Assembly: GCA_029858305.1 (NCBI GenBank)
Contig: JAOUFI010000003.1
Location: 38,662-102,661 of the forward strand
Origin: Candidatus Thorarchaeota archaeon
GTDB taxonomy: Archaea; Asgardarchaeota; Thorarchaeia; Thorarchaeales; Thorarchaeaceae
Direction of reading: 5' to 3'
Length of the DNA: 64,000 bases
Position numbers and translations under genes: made by a program
Notes under the pieces: model-generated
What the model saw: the letters and a program-made list of their open reading frames with translations, nothing else
Told to the model about the DNA's origin: nothing
The model's database searches: none
Part shown: in pieces, positions 10,405 through 20,019 of the stretch
How positions within the stretch are numbered: position 1 is the first letter of the stretch
Layout of the letters: each line of letters begins with the position of its first letter

Positions 10405-12303
10405 CTAGATGATGCCGAAGTCATCCAATTCCGTGGTGGAATCCTGCTTCAGAGCCAATTGATATGCTGGTTGCATCATCTCAGCAGTACTCTTCTTTGT
10501 GAGCCTAAATGGCGCCTCCGTCTGCCGAATCAAGCCTCTCTCCACGAACTCCCTCATATCTATTGGTAGCCAGATTTCACTGAAGTGATCCTTTAGATCG
10601 TAGTGTGTAATCTCATCCTCTTTTTCGAGTAATCTCTTGACTGGTTCGATAAAGGTCTTCAAGTGTTCATCTAGGTAGCATTCCATCTTCTCCAAAACAG
10701 TTTCAACGAGGTCAAATGTTTTCTTTGGAGCATGAACAAACTCAGTGAATATTGAATTGAAGAATTCTGGATTGAACTCCAATGCTTGAGCAGTAGACTC
10801 TCGTAACGGAATTGCCCTATTCAGAAGAACCTCAATGTTTGCCATGCGACGTATTCCAGAGGTCATGAAGTTGAGTGCGAAGTGAGGGTCATCTTTTACA
10901 TCGAGCGCTTTGTATGCCTTGTTGATCAGGTCCTTGCAAAAGACATAGTTGAGCAATAACAAGTTCTCAAGGTCTCTGGAGCCTATGTTCTGGAGGTCTT
11001 CATAGAGATCATGAATCGTGTCATCTCTAGTGAACAGTAACGTACTCTTTGAGAAGTACGAATGGAAAATGCTTCCATCTCTTACTCTGTGAACCAATTT
11101 TCGAAAGGCATCTCGTGTGAAGAGATAGGTATCAACATAGACATCCTTCTCAACTAGCGCCTTGTAATGCTGATAGATGTCGTCTCTTGTAACAATAAGT
11201 ACATCGAGGTCTGACTTTTCCCAGACTGTATCGTAGGATAGACTTCCCGCGAGCATGAGTGAAAGGACATATTCATCAGTCTTCACCTTCTGCACTAATT
11301 CTTCAGCTGCCACTCTATAATCATCCTGTACTTGCTTGCGTTCCACCTTCGAAGGTCCAACTAGAGTTGGTATAACCTCATCAGGAAGGAACGACTTCCA
11401 ATTGAAGTGATACTGAGCCTCATTATACTCAACCACTCCTTTCTTGGTGATTTTAACTGGATTGATAGTCCGACGGAGAATTCGACGCCTGTGCAAGTGC
11501 TCAAGGTCTATGGTTTCCCAGCCACCCTGAGCGAATCTATCGTTTATCTCTGTCTGCGTAGCCGTACCTTCATTCTCGGAGATGAAGTCTAGTACAGGCT
11601 TGTAAATGTCAAGGTCAAGTGTATCAAGAAACTCATACGATTTCCTTAACGTTCGTTCAAGAGATTCGTGCGTCACTTTTGTATCAATGAAACCATCAAA
11701 AAGCTCGGGAAAGAGGTCTGGTTTGAGCTCCCTTCCTCGAAGGATGACTTCTCTGGGGGGGTAGATATCATTCAAGTAGCACAACAAGTATCCTAATTCG
11801 CTTAGGGCATGTATAAGAAAATGAAAACTGTGCGGGAGGTCTCTCTTGATATAGAGATACTTCTCTGACTTTGAGAGGTCGTATCGCACGGCAAGGTCGT
11901 ATCCCATCTGTTGTAGCTGACGGTCTCGTGTACCAACATTCTTGTTCAGGTTTTTGTAGAAATCAGTCAGTGAGCAATCTCGTGAGAAGACCAATTTACT
12001 ATATGTCAAGAATTGCAGCAGTCCAAGACCTCTTGGTGATTGAACATGTCGCATAAAGTCATCACGACTATAGATTTGCACGTCGATTGGAACTCCAAAT
12101 TCGACAAGTCTTGCTGTGCGGTGCTTTCCATCATCTGTTATGACGAAAGCATTTATGTTAGACCGCTCGGTGACCTCATCGTAAGCCATACTTCCGTAGA
12201 CGATGATTCCCAGGACGTGTGTGTCCTTCTTCGCTCGGGCGATGAAGCTTGACAAAGCATCATCGAACTGCTTCCGTACTTGCGGATCTTCCATCTGCAA
12301 CAA
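10405..12303 (-). CDS. Tandem-duplicated nucleotidyltransferase (Pol-beta superfamily) + helical + winged-helix protein, YgxA-like architecture (likely start ATG 12294)
   Basis: Two ~310-aa repeats: GIIVYGSMAYDEVTERSNINAFV and SLMLAGSLSYDTVWEKSDLDVLIV; both end in wHTH-like segments; AGGAG upstream of ATG 12294. Confidence 0.7.
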   Translation of the reverse strand: MLQMEDPQVRKQFDDALSSFIARAKKDTHVLGIIVYGSMAYDEVTERSNINAFVITDDGKHRTARLVEFGVPIDVQIYSRDDFMRHVQSPRGLGLLQFLTYSKLVFSRDCSLTDFYKNLNKNVGTRDRQLQQMGYDLAVRYDLSKSEKYLYIKRDLPHSFHFLIHALSELGYLLCYLNDIYPPREVILRGRELKPDLFPELFDGFIDTKVTHESLERTLRKSYEFLDTLDLDIYKPVLDFISENEGTATQTEINDRFAQGGWETIDLEHLHRRRILRRTINPVKITKKGVVEYNEAQYHFNWKSFLPDEVIPTLVGPSKVERKQVQDDYRVAAEELVQKVKTDEYVLSLMLAGSLSYDTVWEKSDLDVLIVTRDDIYQHYKALVEKDVYVDTYLFTRDAFRKLVHRVRDGSIFHSYFSKSTLLFTRDDTIHDLYEDLQNIGSRDLENLLLLNYVFCKDLINKAYKALDVKDDPHFALNFMTSGIRRMANIEVLLNRAIPLRESTAQALEFNPEFFNSIFTEFVHAPKKTFDLVETVLEKMECYLDEHLKTFIEPVKRLLEKEDEITHYDLKDHFSEIWLPIDMREFVERGLIRQTEAPFRLTKKSTAEMMQPAYQLALKQDSTTELDDFGII

Positions 12304-12312
12304 CTCCTACTC

Positions 12313-15144
12313 TCAGGAAGATACCACAACACTTTGGAGGAACTTGCCAGTGTAAGACTTCTCACACTTGATTATGTCTTCTACGGTGCCCTCCGCGATG
12401 ACCTCTCCACCTTCGGCTCCACCTTCAGGGCCAAGATCTATCACCCAGTCCGCGGACTTGATGATATCGAGGTGGTGTTCAATGACGATAACAGTGTTTC
12501 CCGCGTCCACAAGCCTATTGATGGTCTTCAGAAGCATCTGGATGTCCTGCATATGAAGACCCACACTGGGTTCATCCATAATGTACAGATTATCCTTCAG
12601 CTTCTTCAGTTTTCCAAGCTCCTTTGCAAGCTTGATTCTCTGGCTTTCGCCTCCTGACAAAGTTGGCGCAGGTTGTCCAAGTTTGAGGTATCCCAGCCCA
12701 AGCTCCATCATGGTCTTTGTCTTGTGTCGGATGAGTCGTACATCCTTGAAGAACTCGCAAGCCTCCTCAACACTCATGTTTAGGACATCTCCAATGTTCT
12801 TCCCATTGTACTTGATTTCAAGTACTTCTTCAGAGAAGCGAGCCCCCTTACACACGGGGCAGACAGTCTGTATATCGGGCATGTACTGCAATTCTATGCG
12901 AACAAGTCCCTCGCCGTTACACTCCACACATCGCCCTTCAGTAGAGTTATAGCTGAATCGCCCAATGCTGTATCCACGTTCCTGTGCCATCTTGGTGTGA
13001 GTATAGAGACTCCGTATCTTGTCAAAAAATCCAACATACGTTGCTGGCGTCGACCTTGAATGCCTTCCAATGGGTGACTGGTCCACAATCCTGACATCAG
13101 AGATATTCTCAATTCCTTCGAGTCTCTCGAGTTTTCCAGGGAGGATACGAGGGTCATTCATATCATGAAGGAGCTTGTTCCCAAGGACATCCTCGATCAA
13201 GGTGCTCTTGCCCGAACCGCTCACTCCGGTGATACAAATGAAGACACCGAGGGGGAACTCCACTGAGATATTCTTCAAGTTGTTCTCCGTGGCTCCAACA
13301 ACCTTCAGAGTCTTTCCATTCGGCGCTCGTGCTTTGCCGAGGTACGGAATGCTCTTCGTCCCAACGATATACTTTCCAGTCAAGAACTTGGGATTGTTGA
13401 GAATCTCTTCCAGCTGACCCTGAGCGACAATCTTCCCTCCGTGCAGACCAGGTCCAGGTCCTATCTCTATGATATTATCAGCCTGTTTGATAGTTGCAAG
13501 ATCGTGTTCAATAACTATCACAGTATTGCCCGTGTCCCTTAGGCGTTTCAGAATGTCCACTATTCGGTTACTATCTCTCATGTGGAGACCTATACTAGGT
13601 TCATCAAGCACGTACAGCATTCCCATTAGTTCAGAACCCAGTTGAGTCGAGAGCTTGATTCTCTGAGCCTCGCCCGCGCTTAGAGTCCTTGCTCGCCTGT
13701 TGAGTCGGAGGTAATAGAGACCAATGTCTATGAGGAGTTGGATACGTTTCCGCAACTCACCAATGACCTGATTCCCTGCCTTCTCTACATCTTTGGGGAC
13801 TTTTATGGAATCTGCAAACTCCAGTAACTGATTGATAAACAGCTCACCAAGTTCGTCGATATTCCTCCCATCCACAGTGACAAGGATTCTCTGCTTGATG
13901 AGCTTCTGTCCCTTACAGTCTGGACAGAGATGCTCTGCCATTATCTTCCTATACCACTCATAGTGTTCACCCTTCTTCCGGTCATGCTTGTAGAACCTGT
14001 CAATATAATTGCAGACACCCATGTACCGGACCTTCTTTCCCACATCACGATGCCTGTATTTGTTAGGCCAATCCGGAGGCTCTTGAAGTATGAACTCCTC
14101 CTTGATACCCCATAGTATCTGATGCTGAATATCCTCTGGAAGTTCTCCAAACGGAGTGTCCATATCGAACCCCAAATGCTGGCTAACGCTGTACATCCAA
14201 TACTTGGCATACCACGCAAGAGCCCCGTGTTTCAGGCTCTTCTTTGGGTCAACGATGATAAGCCTAGACTCCGCCTTCAGGAGTGTACCAACACCAAGAC
14301 AAGTGGGACAGGCATTCTCTGGCAAGTTTGCTGAGAATGCTCCAGGAAGAAGTTTGTGCATAATGATATGATGGTCTTTACACCCAAAGCCCTTGTAGAA
14401 CTTCTCCAATACATCATCAGTGACATTTTCATCTAGTTCGAACCGGATGAATCCGCTACCAACATTCTTAGCGTTCTCTATAGAAATCGCAAATTGATGA
14501 TACAAGTCTTGCTTAATGATGATTCTATCGACAAGAACCTCAATCCGATAGTCTTTGTCCTCATCCAGCTCTATCTTGTCATTGATGCTGAATGGTTCAC
14601 CATCGATTCGAATCCGTTTGTACCCTTTTTGTCGTATCTCATCGAACAGGTAAGGATAGTCCTCATCATAGAACTTGTTCACTGGAGCAAGAATCTCAAC
14701 ACTTGTCCCCTCAGGTAAAGTCATGAGGTGATCAACAATTTGGTTTGCATTACGTGTGTGGACCTTCCTATTGCAGTAAGGACAATGAGCTTGCCCTAGA
14801 ACTGAGAAGAGAATTCTCATGTAGCTTGAGATATCAGTCATTGTCGATACAGTAGACCTTGGATTAAGAGTCCCAGTCTTTTGTTCGATTGCGACGACTG
14901 GTGACAATCCAATGATGGAGTCTACATCAGCACGCTCTAGCATGGGCAACATGGTTCGAGAAGTTGCTGACATTGATTCGAAGAACCTGCGCTGCGCTTC
15001 ACTGAAAATAACGTCAAAAGCTAGCGAAGTTTTTCCCGACCCCGATAAACCCGTGATGACGGTCAGTTTATCGCGGGGGATATCCACATCGATATTTTGT
15101 AGATTATTTGTCCTAGCACCCTTTACACTAATGTATTCTCTCAT
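12313..15144 (-). CDS. uvrA: UvrA-family excinuclease ATPase (divergent, no uvrB/uvrC nearby)
   Basis: [40 protein letters not shown]; second [32 protein letters not shown]; three Zn modules. Confidence 0.92.
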   Translation of the reverse strand: MREYISVKGARTNNLQNIDVDIPRDKLTVITGLSGSGKTSLAFDVIFSEAQRRFFESMSATSRTMLPMLERADVDSIIGLSPVVAIEQKTGTLNPRSTVSTMTDISSYMRILFSVLGQAHCPYCNRKVHTRNANQIVDHLMTLPEGTSVEILAPVNKFYDEDYPYLFDEIRQKGYKRIRIDGEPFSINDKIELDEDKDYRIEVLVDRIIIKQDLYHQFAISIENAKNVGSGFIRFELDENVTDDVLEKFYKGFGCKDHHIIMHKLLPGAFSANLPENACPTCLGVGTLLKAESRLIIVDPKKSLKHGALAWYAKYWMYSVSQHLGFDMDTPFGELPEDIQHQILWGIKEEFILQEPPDWPNKYRHRDVGKKVRYMGVCNYIDRFYKHDRKKGEHYEWYRKIMAEHLCPDCKGQKLIKQRILVTVDGRNIDELGELFINQLLEFADSIKVPKDVEKAGNQVIGELRKRIQLLIDIGLYYLRLNRRARTLSAGEAQRIKLSTQLGSELMGMLYVLDEPSIGLHMRDSNRIVDILKRLRDTGNTVIVIEHDLATIKQADNIIEIGPGPGLHGGKIVAQGQLEEILNNPKFLTGKYIVGTKSIPYLGKARAPNGKTLKVVGATENNLKNISVEFPLGVFICITGVSGSGKSTLIEDVLGNKLLHDMNDPRILPGKLERLEGIENISDVRIVDQSPIGRHSRSTPATYVGFFDKIRSLYTHTKMAQERGYSIGRFSYNSTEGRCVECNGEGLVRIELQYMPDIQTVCPVCKGARFSEEVLEIKYNGKNIGDVLNMSVEEACEFFKDVRLIRHKTKTMMELGLGYLKLGQPAPTLSGGESQRIKLAKELGKLKKLKDNLYIMDEPSVGLHMQDIQMLLKTINRLVDAGNTVIVIEHHLDIIKSADWVIDLGPEGGAEGGEVIAEGTVEDIIKCEKSYTGKFLQSVVVSS

Positions 15145-15332
15145 TCATTCATGCCTCCCTACATCAGTTCAACCCAGTGCCTCCCTATGACAGGTTACAA
15201 CGACCCTATGAGAGTTATCGGGCCTGATGATAGCTTGAGGTTTCTCACGATATGAGAAAGTGTTCTGAGCGGGACTCGAATCGTATTTAGAAGGTTCGAT
15301 TTCAGCAGGATATTCGAATAATTAAAAGGAGG

Positions 15333-15362
15333 AAGTCAATGAGTGTTGACTTATTGGTCAAG
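15333..15362. promoter_or_regulatory. Putative operator: alternating GTCAA/TTGAC half-sites
   Basis: AAGTCAA-N6-TTGACTT and overlapping TTGAC-N6-GTCAA, half-sites every 11 bp, between divergent uvrA and the ArsR-like gene. Confidence 0.35.
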
Positions 15363-15408
15363 TACCGTAGGATTATATCTCTCTAAAACAAGTCATTCCT
15401 GATGAACA

Positions 15409-15861
15409 ATGACTTCTGATGAAGTGTTTGAAGCAATATCGCACCCGATGAGAATTGCTATTCTGAAGGAATTGGCTAAGAAACCAATTCGATTTGCTGA
15501 TCTCAAACGGAAATTAAGAATCAAGAGTGGCGGACTCTTGGACTTTCATCTCAAGAAAATGGAGGCAGTAATAATCACTGATAAGGACGGGCTCTACACA
15601 CTGAATAATCGAGGATTCGCTGCTCTTCGTGCAGTTCACATTGTTACAAATTATGGCTGGCAGAGAAGATCATGGTGGCTTAATGTATTGATGATGTTTA
15701 TGCTTAACATCTACTTCTTCTTTACAGCGTTTGAATTTTACATCTTTGTAGCAATTCCGACATTTGGTTGGCTTCTTTTCTATAGTTACTGGACCTTTGT
15801 GAAGCGAAGAGTTAGTCTAAGAAGTAATGGTGCAGACCAAGAAAATGTGGAGGTATCATGA
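15409..15861 (+). CDS. ArsR-family winged-helix regulator with two C-terminal TM helices
   Basis: VFEAISHPMRIAILKEL...FADLKRKL...LDFHLKKM...YTLN, then two hydrophobic helices. Confidence 0.75.
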   Translation: MTSDEVFEAISHPMRIAILKELAKKPIRFADLKRKLRIKSGGLLDFHLKKMEAVIITDKDGLYTLNNRGFAALRAVHIVTNYGWQRRSWWLNVLMMFMLNIYFFFTAFEFYIFVAIPTFGWLLFYSYWTFVKRRVSLRSNGADQENVEVS

Positions 15862-15932
15862 TTTGAAATTTTGGCGTTGTTGTGAAATAATATATTCATT
15901 CTGTCGAAAAAATTTGTACTCGAAGGAGAATC

Positions 15933-16718
15933 TTGAATTTGGTAGCTGTCAGTGTTGAGAGACTTGTAAAATCGTTTGGAAGTCTGGTAGCAGTAAATAA
16001 TGTCACGTTCGAAGTACGCGAGGGTGAAATCTATGGATTACTTGGACCTAATGGGGCAGGCAAAACGACGACAATAAAGTGCCTAATGGGACTCTTGGAT
16101 CCTGATAGTGGTTCAACCCATATTTACCATGTGAATTCTCTAGAGAATCCAATTGAGGCCAAGAAACTTGTAGGCTATGTGCCCGAAGAGCACCAGCTCT
16201 ATGACTCACTGACTCCGCGTGAACTGTTCGAATTCATTGCTTCAATTAGACAACTTCCTAAAGATAAAACTAACAAACGCATTGGAGAGATGGTGAAAGC
16301 ACTCGATTTCGAGAAGTATTATGATTCAATGATTGTGACACTCTCGCAGGGGAACAAACAGAAGACAATGCTAATCTCTGCTTTACTTCATGCGCCAAAG
16401 CTCCTTATTCTTGACGAACCATTCTCGGGACTTGATGTAAGGACATCTAAGATAATCAAAGACATCATCCAGATTCATGTGGACAATGGAGGCTCCGTTC
16501 TTCTGTCTACGCATGTCATGGAAGTCGCTCAGGGACTTTGTGATCGAGTAGGGATTATTGACGATGGCGTATTGGTAGGTGAGGGAACACTATCTGAACT
16601 CAGAGCTCAGGCAAAAGAAGAGAGTGCTACTCTTGAGAAATTATTCCTCCGCCTTACAGAGCAGGAAGAGGAGGTCCAGGTCGGTGTCGATGCTCTTCGG
16701 GAGGCACTCTCAGAATGA
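15933..16718 (+). CDS. ABC-2 type transporter ATP-binding protein
   Basis: GPNGAGKTT, LSQGNKQK, LILDEPFSGLD, STH. Confidence 0.92.
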   Translation: MNLVAVSVERLVKSFGSLVAVNNVTFEVREGEIYGLLGPNGAGKTTTIKCLMGLLDPDSGSTHIYHVNSLENPIEAKKLVGYVPEEHQLYDSLTPRELFEFIASIRQLPKDKTNKRIGEMVKALDFEKYYDSMIVTLSQGNKQKTMLISALLHAPKLLILDEPFSGLDVRTSKIIKDIIQIHVDNGGSVLLSTHVMEVAQGLCDRVGIIDDGVLVGEGTLSELRAQAKEESATLEKLFLRLTEQEEEVQVGVDALREALSE

Positions 16719-18358
16719 ACTTCAGAGAGCGCTGGAGATTAGCAGGCATCATTGCACTACAGATGAGATTCGATGGGTTTCTCAAGAACAATCCTGGAAA
16801 TATGGCTCGGATAAAGGAAAATCCTGAGAAAATCTCGAGAAGTATTCGATCTTCAAGCAGGGTGAACAGCATTCTGAGTGTCTTCATGATTATCATGTTG
16901 GCAGCACTCACTATTGGTGTCACTGGTTTCGATGCCTCAATTGGAGACCTCAATGTCCGACTTGCTGTAGGATTTTCATTCTTCATGGTTCTTGCCTTTG
17001 TCTTAATTTTCCTCCTAAATCTCACAACTACAACTGGATTCTTTACATCCGGGGCTATGAAATTGCCAAGTATTTTACCTCTTAGTAGAAAGGAACTTGA
17101 GAGCCTTGCAGTACTTGCATTTACACGCGTCTTCATTGCTCCAGCTATCCTCACCGTTACATTGTTCCCAGCGGCGTGTTTTGTTCTATTTGGGCCATTA
17201 GCAGGTTTTGTTGCGCTTATTGGATGTCTTGCCACGGTCTCAGTATCTCTACGTTCGTTGATTGGGTTCTCACGATGGTTCGAAACCAAGATGCTCTCAT
17301 CAGATGAGTCGAAGATTGGGACTATAGTGAGGATAGCAGCCACTATAGGGCTTGTTGTTGGAATCATGAGTGTCTATATGCTGTCCAGCTACATCCCGTA
17401 TATTGTTCAAGGAGTTATCATGTTCGCAGAATCTTTCAATGGAACATACTTGGTGCTCTCAGTCCTTTTTCCATTCTCATTTGGTTTCTTAGCCTCAGCT
17501 GTGACGCCAGGAGTAACTTTTCAAGATTTGATGATTCCTTTGGTTTCAGGGGGTATGTCCCTCCTATATGGTTTGATTGCATTAGTATTCTATAGACAAA
17601 GCGGAAAATTGCTAAGGGGTCTTGCTATTGGAGGAGTTTCAACAGGAAGAACTGGGCCACTGAGAGAAATTAGCATCGAAACGCGAACGCCCATAATAGC
17701 AGTAATTCGAAAAGATTTGAAGATGGCTACAAAGAGTGTTGGATCAGCAATCGTCTATGCAATTCCAATCTTTCTGATGATCATGTTGTATCCAATGATA
17801 AGAGGGATGTCACAAGACGGGCCGCTCCACAGCATCACTGCAATGACTGCGATAGCATATGCTAATCTCTTTGGGGGACTAACCGTGGTCTCAGTGATGA
17901 TGTTTGATACACAAGGGGCGTCTATTCATGAGGGATTGCCCCTGAGTTCAAGACTAGTCCTTAAAGGAAAAACTGCAATCTCTATCATTCCATACACCAT
18001 GACAATGCTGTTTATCGCCCTCTTGCTCTCTTTGTTTAATCCAATTACACCACTTGTCATCCTTATACCAATTTTAGCTATACCACTCGGATATGCAGTA
18101 CCGATGTCTGTCGGAGCAGCCATGTATCGCTACAAGGGAGGTGGTCGTGCTGTAGCTATCAATCTAGCTGCTGACCAAAAAATGGCGTTGATCGCAGGAT
18201 TTGTAGGAGCAGTTGTAGGACTTGGGCCTCTTCTCGGATTTGGGATTGTCATGATAATGACAGGTTCACAGATTTTCAGTTTAGCAACTCAAGCACTTGT
18301 CACATTTGGCATCGTTTTAATGGCACATTTCCAGATTCCAAAGCTCCTCAAGGATTGA
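16715..18358 (+). CDS. ABC-2 type permease (archaeal large permease)
   Basis: ATGA overlap with the ATPase; about 12-14 TM; IRKDLK motif mid-protein. Confidence 0.75.
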   Translation: MNFRERWRLAGIIALQMRFDGFLKNNPGNMARIKENPEKISRSIRSSSRVNSILSVFMIIMLAALTIGVTGFDASIGDLNVRLAVGFSFFMVLAFVLIFLLNLTTTTGFFTSGAMKLPSILPLSRKELESLAVLAFTRVFIAPAILTVTLFPAACFVLFGPLAGFVALIGCLATVSVSLRSLIGFSRWFETKMLSSDESKIGTIVRIAATIGLVVGIMSVYMLSSYIPYIVQGVIMFAESFNGTYLVLSVLFPFSFGFLASAVTPGVTFQDLMIPLVSGGMSLLYGLIALVFYRQSGKLLRGLAIGGVSTGRTGPLREISIETRTPIIAVIRKDLKMATKSVGSAIVYAIPIFLMIMLYPMIRGMSQDGPLHSITAMTAIAYANLFGGLTVVSVMMFDTQGASIHEGLPLSSRLVLKGKTAISIIPYTMTMLFIALLLSLFNPITPLVILIPILAIPLGYAVPMSVGAAMYRYKGGGRAVAINLAADQKMALIAGFVGAVVGLGPLLGFGIVMIMTGSQIFSLATQALVTFGIVLMAHFQIPKLLKD

Positions 18359-18418
18359 AAGCGCGATTGAGTCCCTTGAGCGAAGATTAAAATCGAGCAT
18401 CTGTAATCAAAACACAAG

Positions 18419-19075
18419 ATGAAGCCATTACTTACTCCATCAATACTAGCAGCAAACTTCGCAAATCTTGAGGAAGACATCAGAGCAGCTGAGAGAGGTG
18501 GTGCGGACTATTTTCATCTGGACATAATGGACGGTCATTTTGTCCCAAACATATCTTTTGGACCGTGGATAGCCAAACAGATGAAGAAGATTACGGATAG
18601 ACCTCTTGACGCACATCTGATGATAACAAATCCCAGAGAGTACATTCCAAAGTTTATTGACGCTGGCGTAGAGCTGATCTATCCTCATGTAGAGGCATCA
18701 TATGATGTCTACAGAACCGTACAGATGATTACGGACTATGGAGCAAGAGCAGGCATTACACTCAATCCAGCCACACCGGTTTCTTCTTTGGAGGGCGTAA
18801 TCGACCTTATCGACTCGGTTTTAATTATGTCAGTTTGTCCAGGTTTCGGGGGGCAGAAATTCATCCCCTCATCGATGAAGAAAATAACCGATCTTCGAGC
18901 TCTTCTCGATGAAATCAAACCGAGTGTTCGCATTGCAGTTGATGGTGGTGTGACTCTTGAGAACATTCGAGACCTTCGCAAAGCTGGAGCTGATTTCTTC
19001 ATTGCAGGTTCAGCAGTGTTCAAAGCACCTGATATCGAAGAGAGAGTACGTGCAATGAAGAAGGCCATGGAATAG
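18419..19075 (+). CDS. rpe: Ribulose-phosphate 3-epimerase
   Basis: PSILAANF, HLDIMDGHFVPNISFG, DAHLM, MSVCPGFGGQKF, VDGG, AGSAVF. Confidence 0.96.
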   Translation: MKPLLTPSILAANFANLEEDIRAAERGGADYFHLDIMDGHFVPNISFGPWIAKQMKKITDRPLDAHLMITNPREYIPKFIDAGVELIYPHVEASYDVYRTVQMITDYGARAGITLNPATPVSSLEGVIDLIDSVLIMSVCPGFGGQKFIPSSMKKITDLRALLDEIKPSVRIAVDGGVTLENIRDLRKAGADFFIAGSAVFKAPDIEERVRAMKKAME

Positions 19076-19182
19076 AATTTTATATACACGATTTTTCTCC
19101 CAACCCTACGTTTTAAATCATGAATGAATGTTAGACAACCTAGTAACAACTTAATCTAGGTCGAAATAGGAGAGAACTATAA

Positions 19183-19833
19183 TTGAAATTCTTCATAGAT
19201 ACTGCCAATGTTGATGAGATTCGAAAGGCTCATGAGAGAGGAATGGTTGATGGTGTTACCACAAACCCATCACTGGTTGCAAAGGAAGGAAGAGATTTTC
19301 GCAAGATTATTGATGAGATTGCATCGTTTGTAGAAGGACCGATCAGTCTTGAGGTCATCAGCGAAGATTCAGAAGGAATGATGAAAGAAGCCAGAGAGCT
19401 AAACAGCTGGATTGACAATGCAGCCATTAAGATACCCATGACCTGGGAAGGTCTGAAGGCAGTCAAGCAGTGCGCAGATGAGGGTATCCAGACAAACGTC
19501 ACACTATGCTTCAGCGCAAATCAGGCACTTCTTGCAGCCAAAGCAGGAGCAACCTTCGTTTCTCCATTCATTGGTAGACTTGATGATGTTGGGCAAACAG
19601 GGATGGACTTGATTGAGAGCATTGGTCAAATCTATGCGAATTATGGAATTGATACAGAGATTATTGTTGCCAGTATCAGGCATCCGATCCATGTCTATGA
19701 AGCAGCACTTATTGGAGCAGATATTGCTACAATTCCTCCTGCAGTTCTTGATAAAATGGTGAACCATCCACTCACAGATGTTGGTATCAAGAAGTTCCTA
19801 GAAGATTGGGAAAAGGTAAAGAAAGCAAAGTGA
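19183..19833 (+). CDS. tal: Transaldolase (short TalC/MipB-Fsa family)
   Basis: [18 protein letters not shown] Schiff-base Lys, TNVTLCFS; Glu (SLEV) + Phe (VSPFIGR) pattern indicates transaldolase rather than F6P aldolase. Confidence 0.9.
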   Translation: MKFFIDTANVDEIRKAHERGMVDGVTTNPSLVAKEGRDFRKIIDEIASFVEGPISLEVISEDSEGMMKEARELNSWIDNAAIKIPMTWEGLKAVKQCADEGIQTNVTLCFSANQALLAAKAGATFVSPFIGRLDDVGQTGMDLIESIGQIYANYGIDTEIIVASIRHPIHVYEAALIGADIATIPPAVLDKMVNHPLTDVGIKKFLEDWEKVKKAK

Positions 19834-19877
19834 TTGCTATCTGTGTTTAATTAAGAACATTAAAGGTAAAGAAGTGG

Positions 19878-19908
19878 AAAGAGGGGATGAAGAGCTCCTC
19901 TTTATTTT
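19878..19908 (+). terminator. Hairpin terminator after tal
   Basis: AAAGAGG...CCTCTTT inverted repeat followed by ATTTT. Confidence 0.4.
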
Positions 19909-20019
19909 GATTACAGCGCCTTGCCAATTGCTATTAAGATGAGAGGAATTATACCGTAAAGATTAATGACAAGAATGATATGCCGTTGCGTTGTCTATCA
20001 ACACTCTGTGGGAAGGCCT

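Noticed and set aside
15224-15268. CTGATGA...GAAA / ...CTGA as a hammerhead ribozyme or C/D sRNA
   Set aside because: Stem II and the other hammerhead helices cannot form; box spacing leaves guides too short; only a TTTCTCA/TGAGAAA hairpin is real
16654-17367. 237-aa antisense ORF (also 28978..29553, 55310..55936, 39399..39905)
   Set aside because: Shadow ORFs opposite well-supported genes, with no motifs
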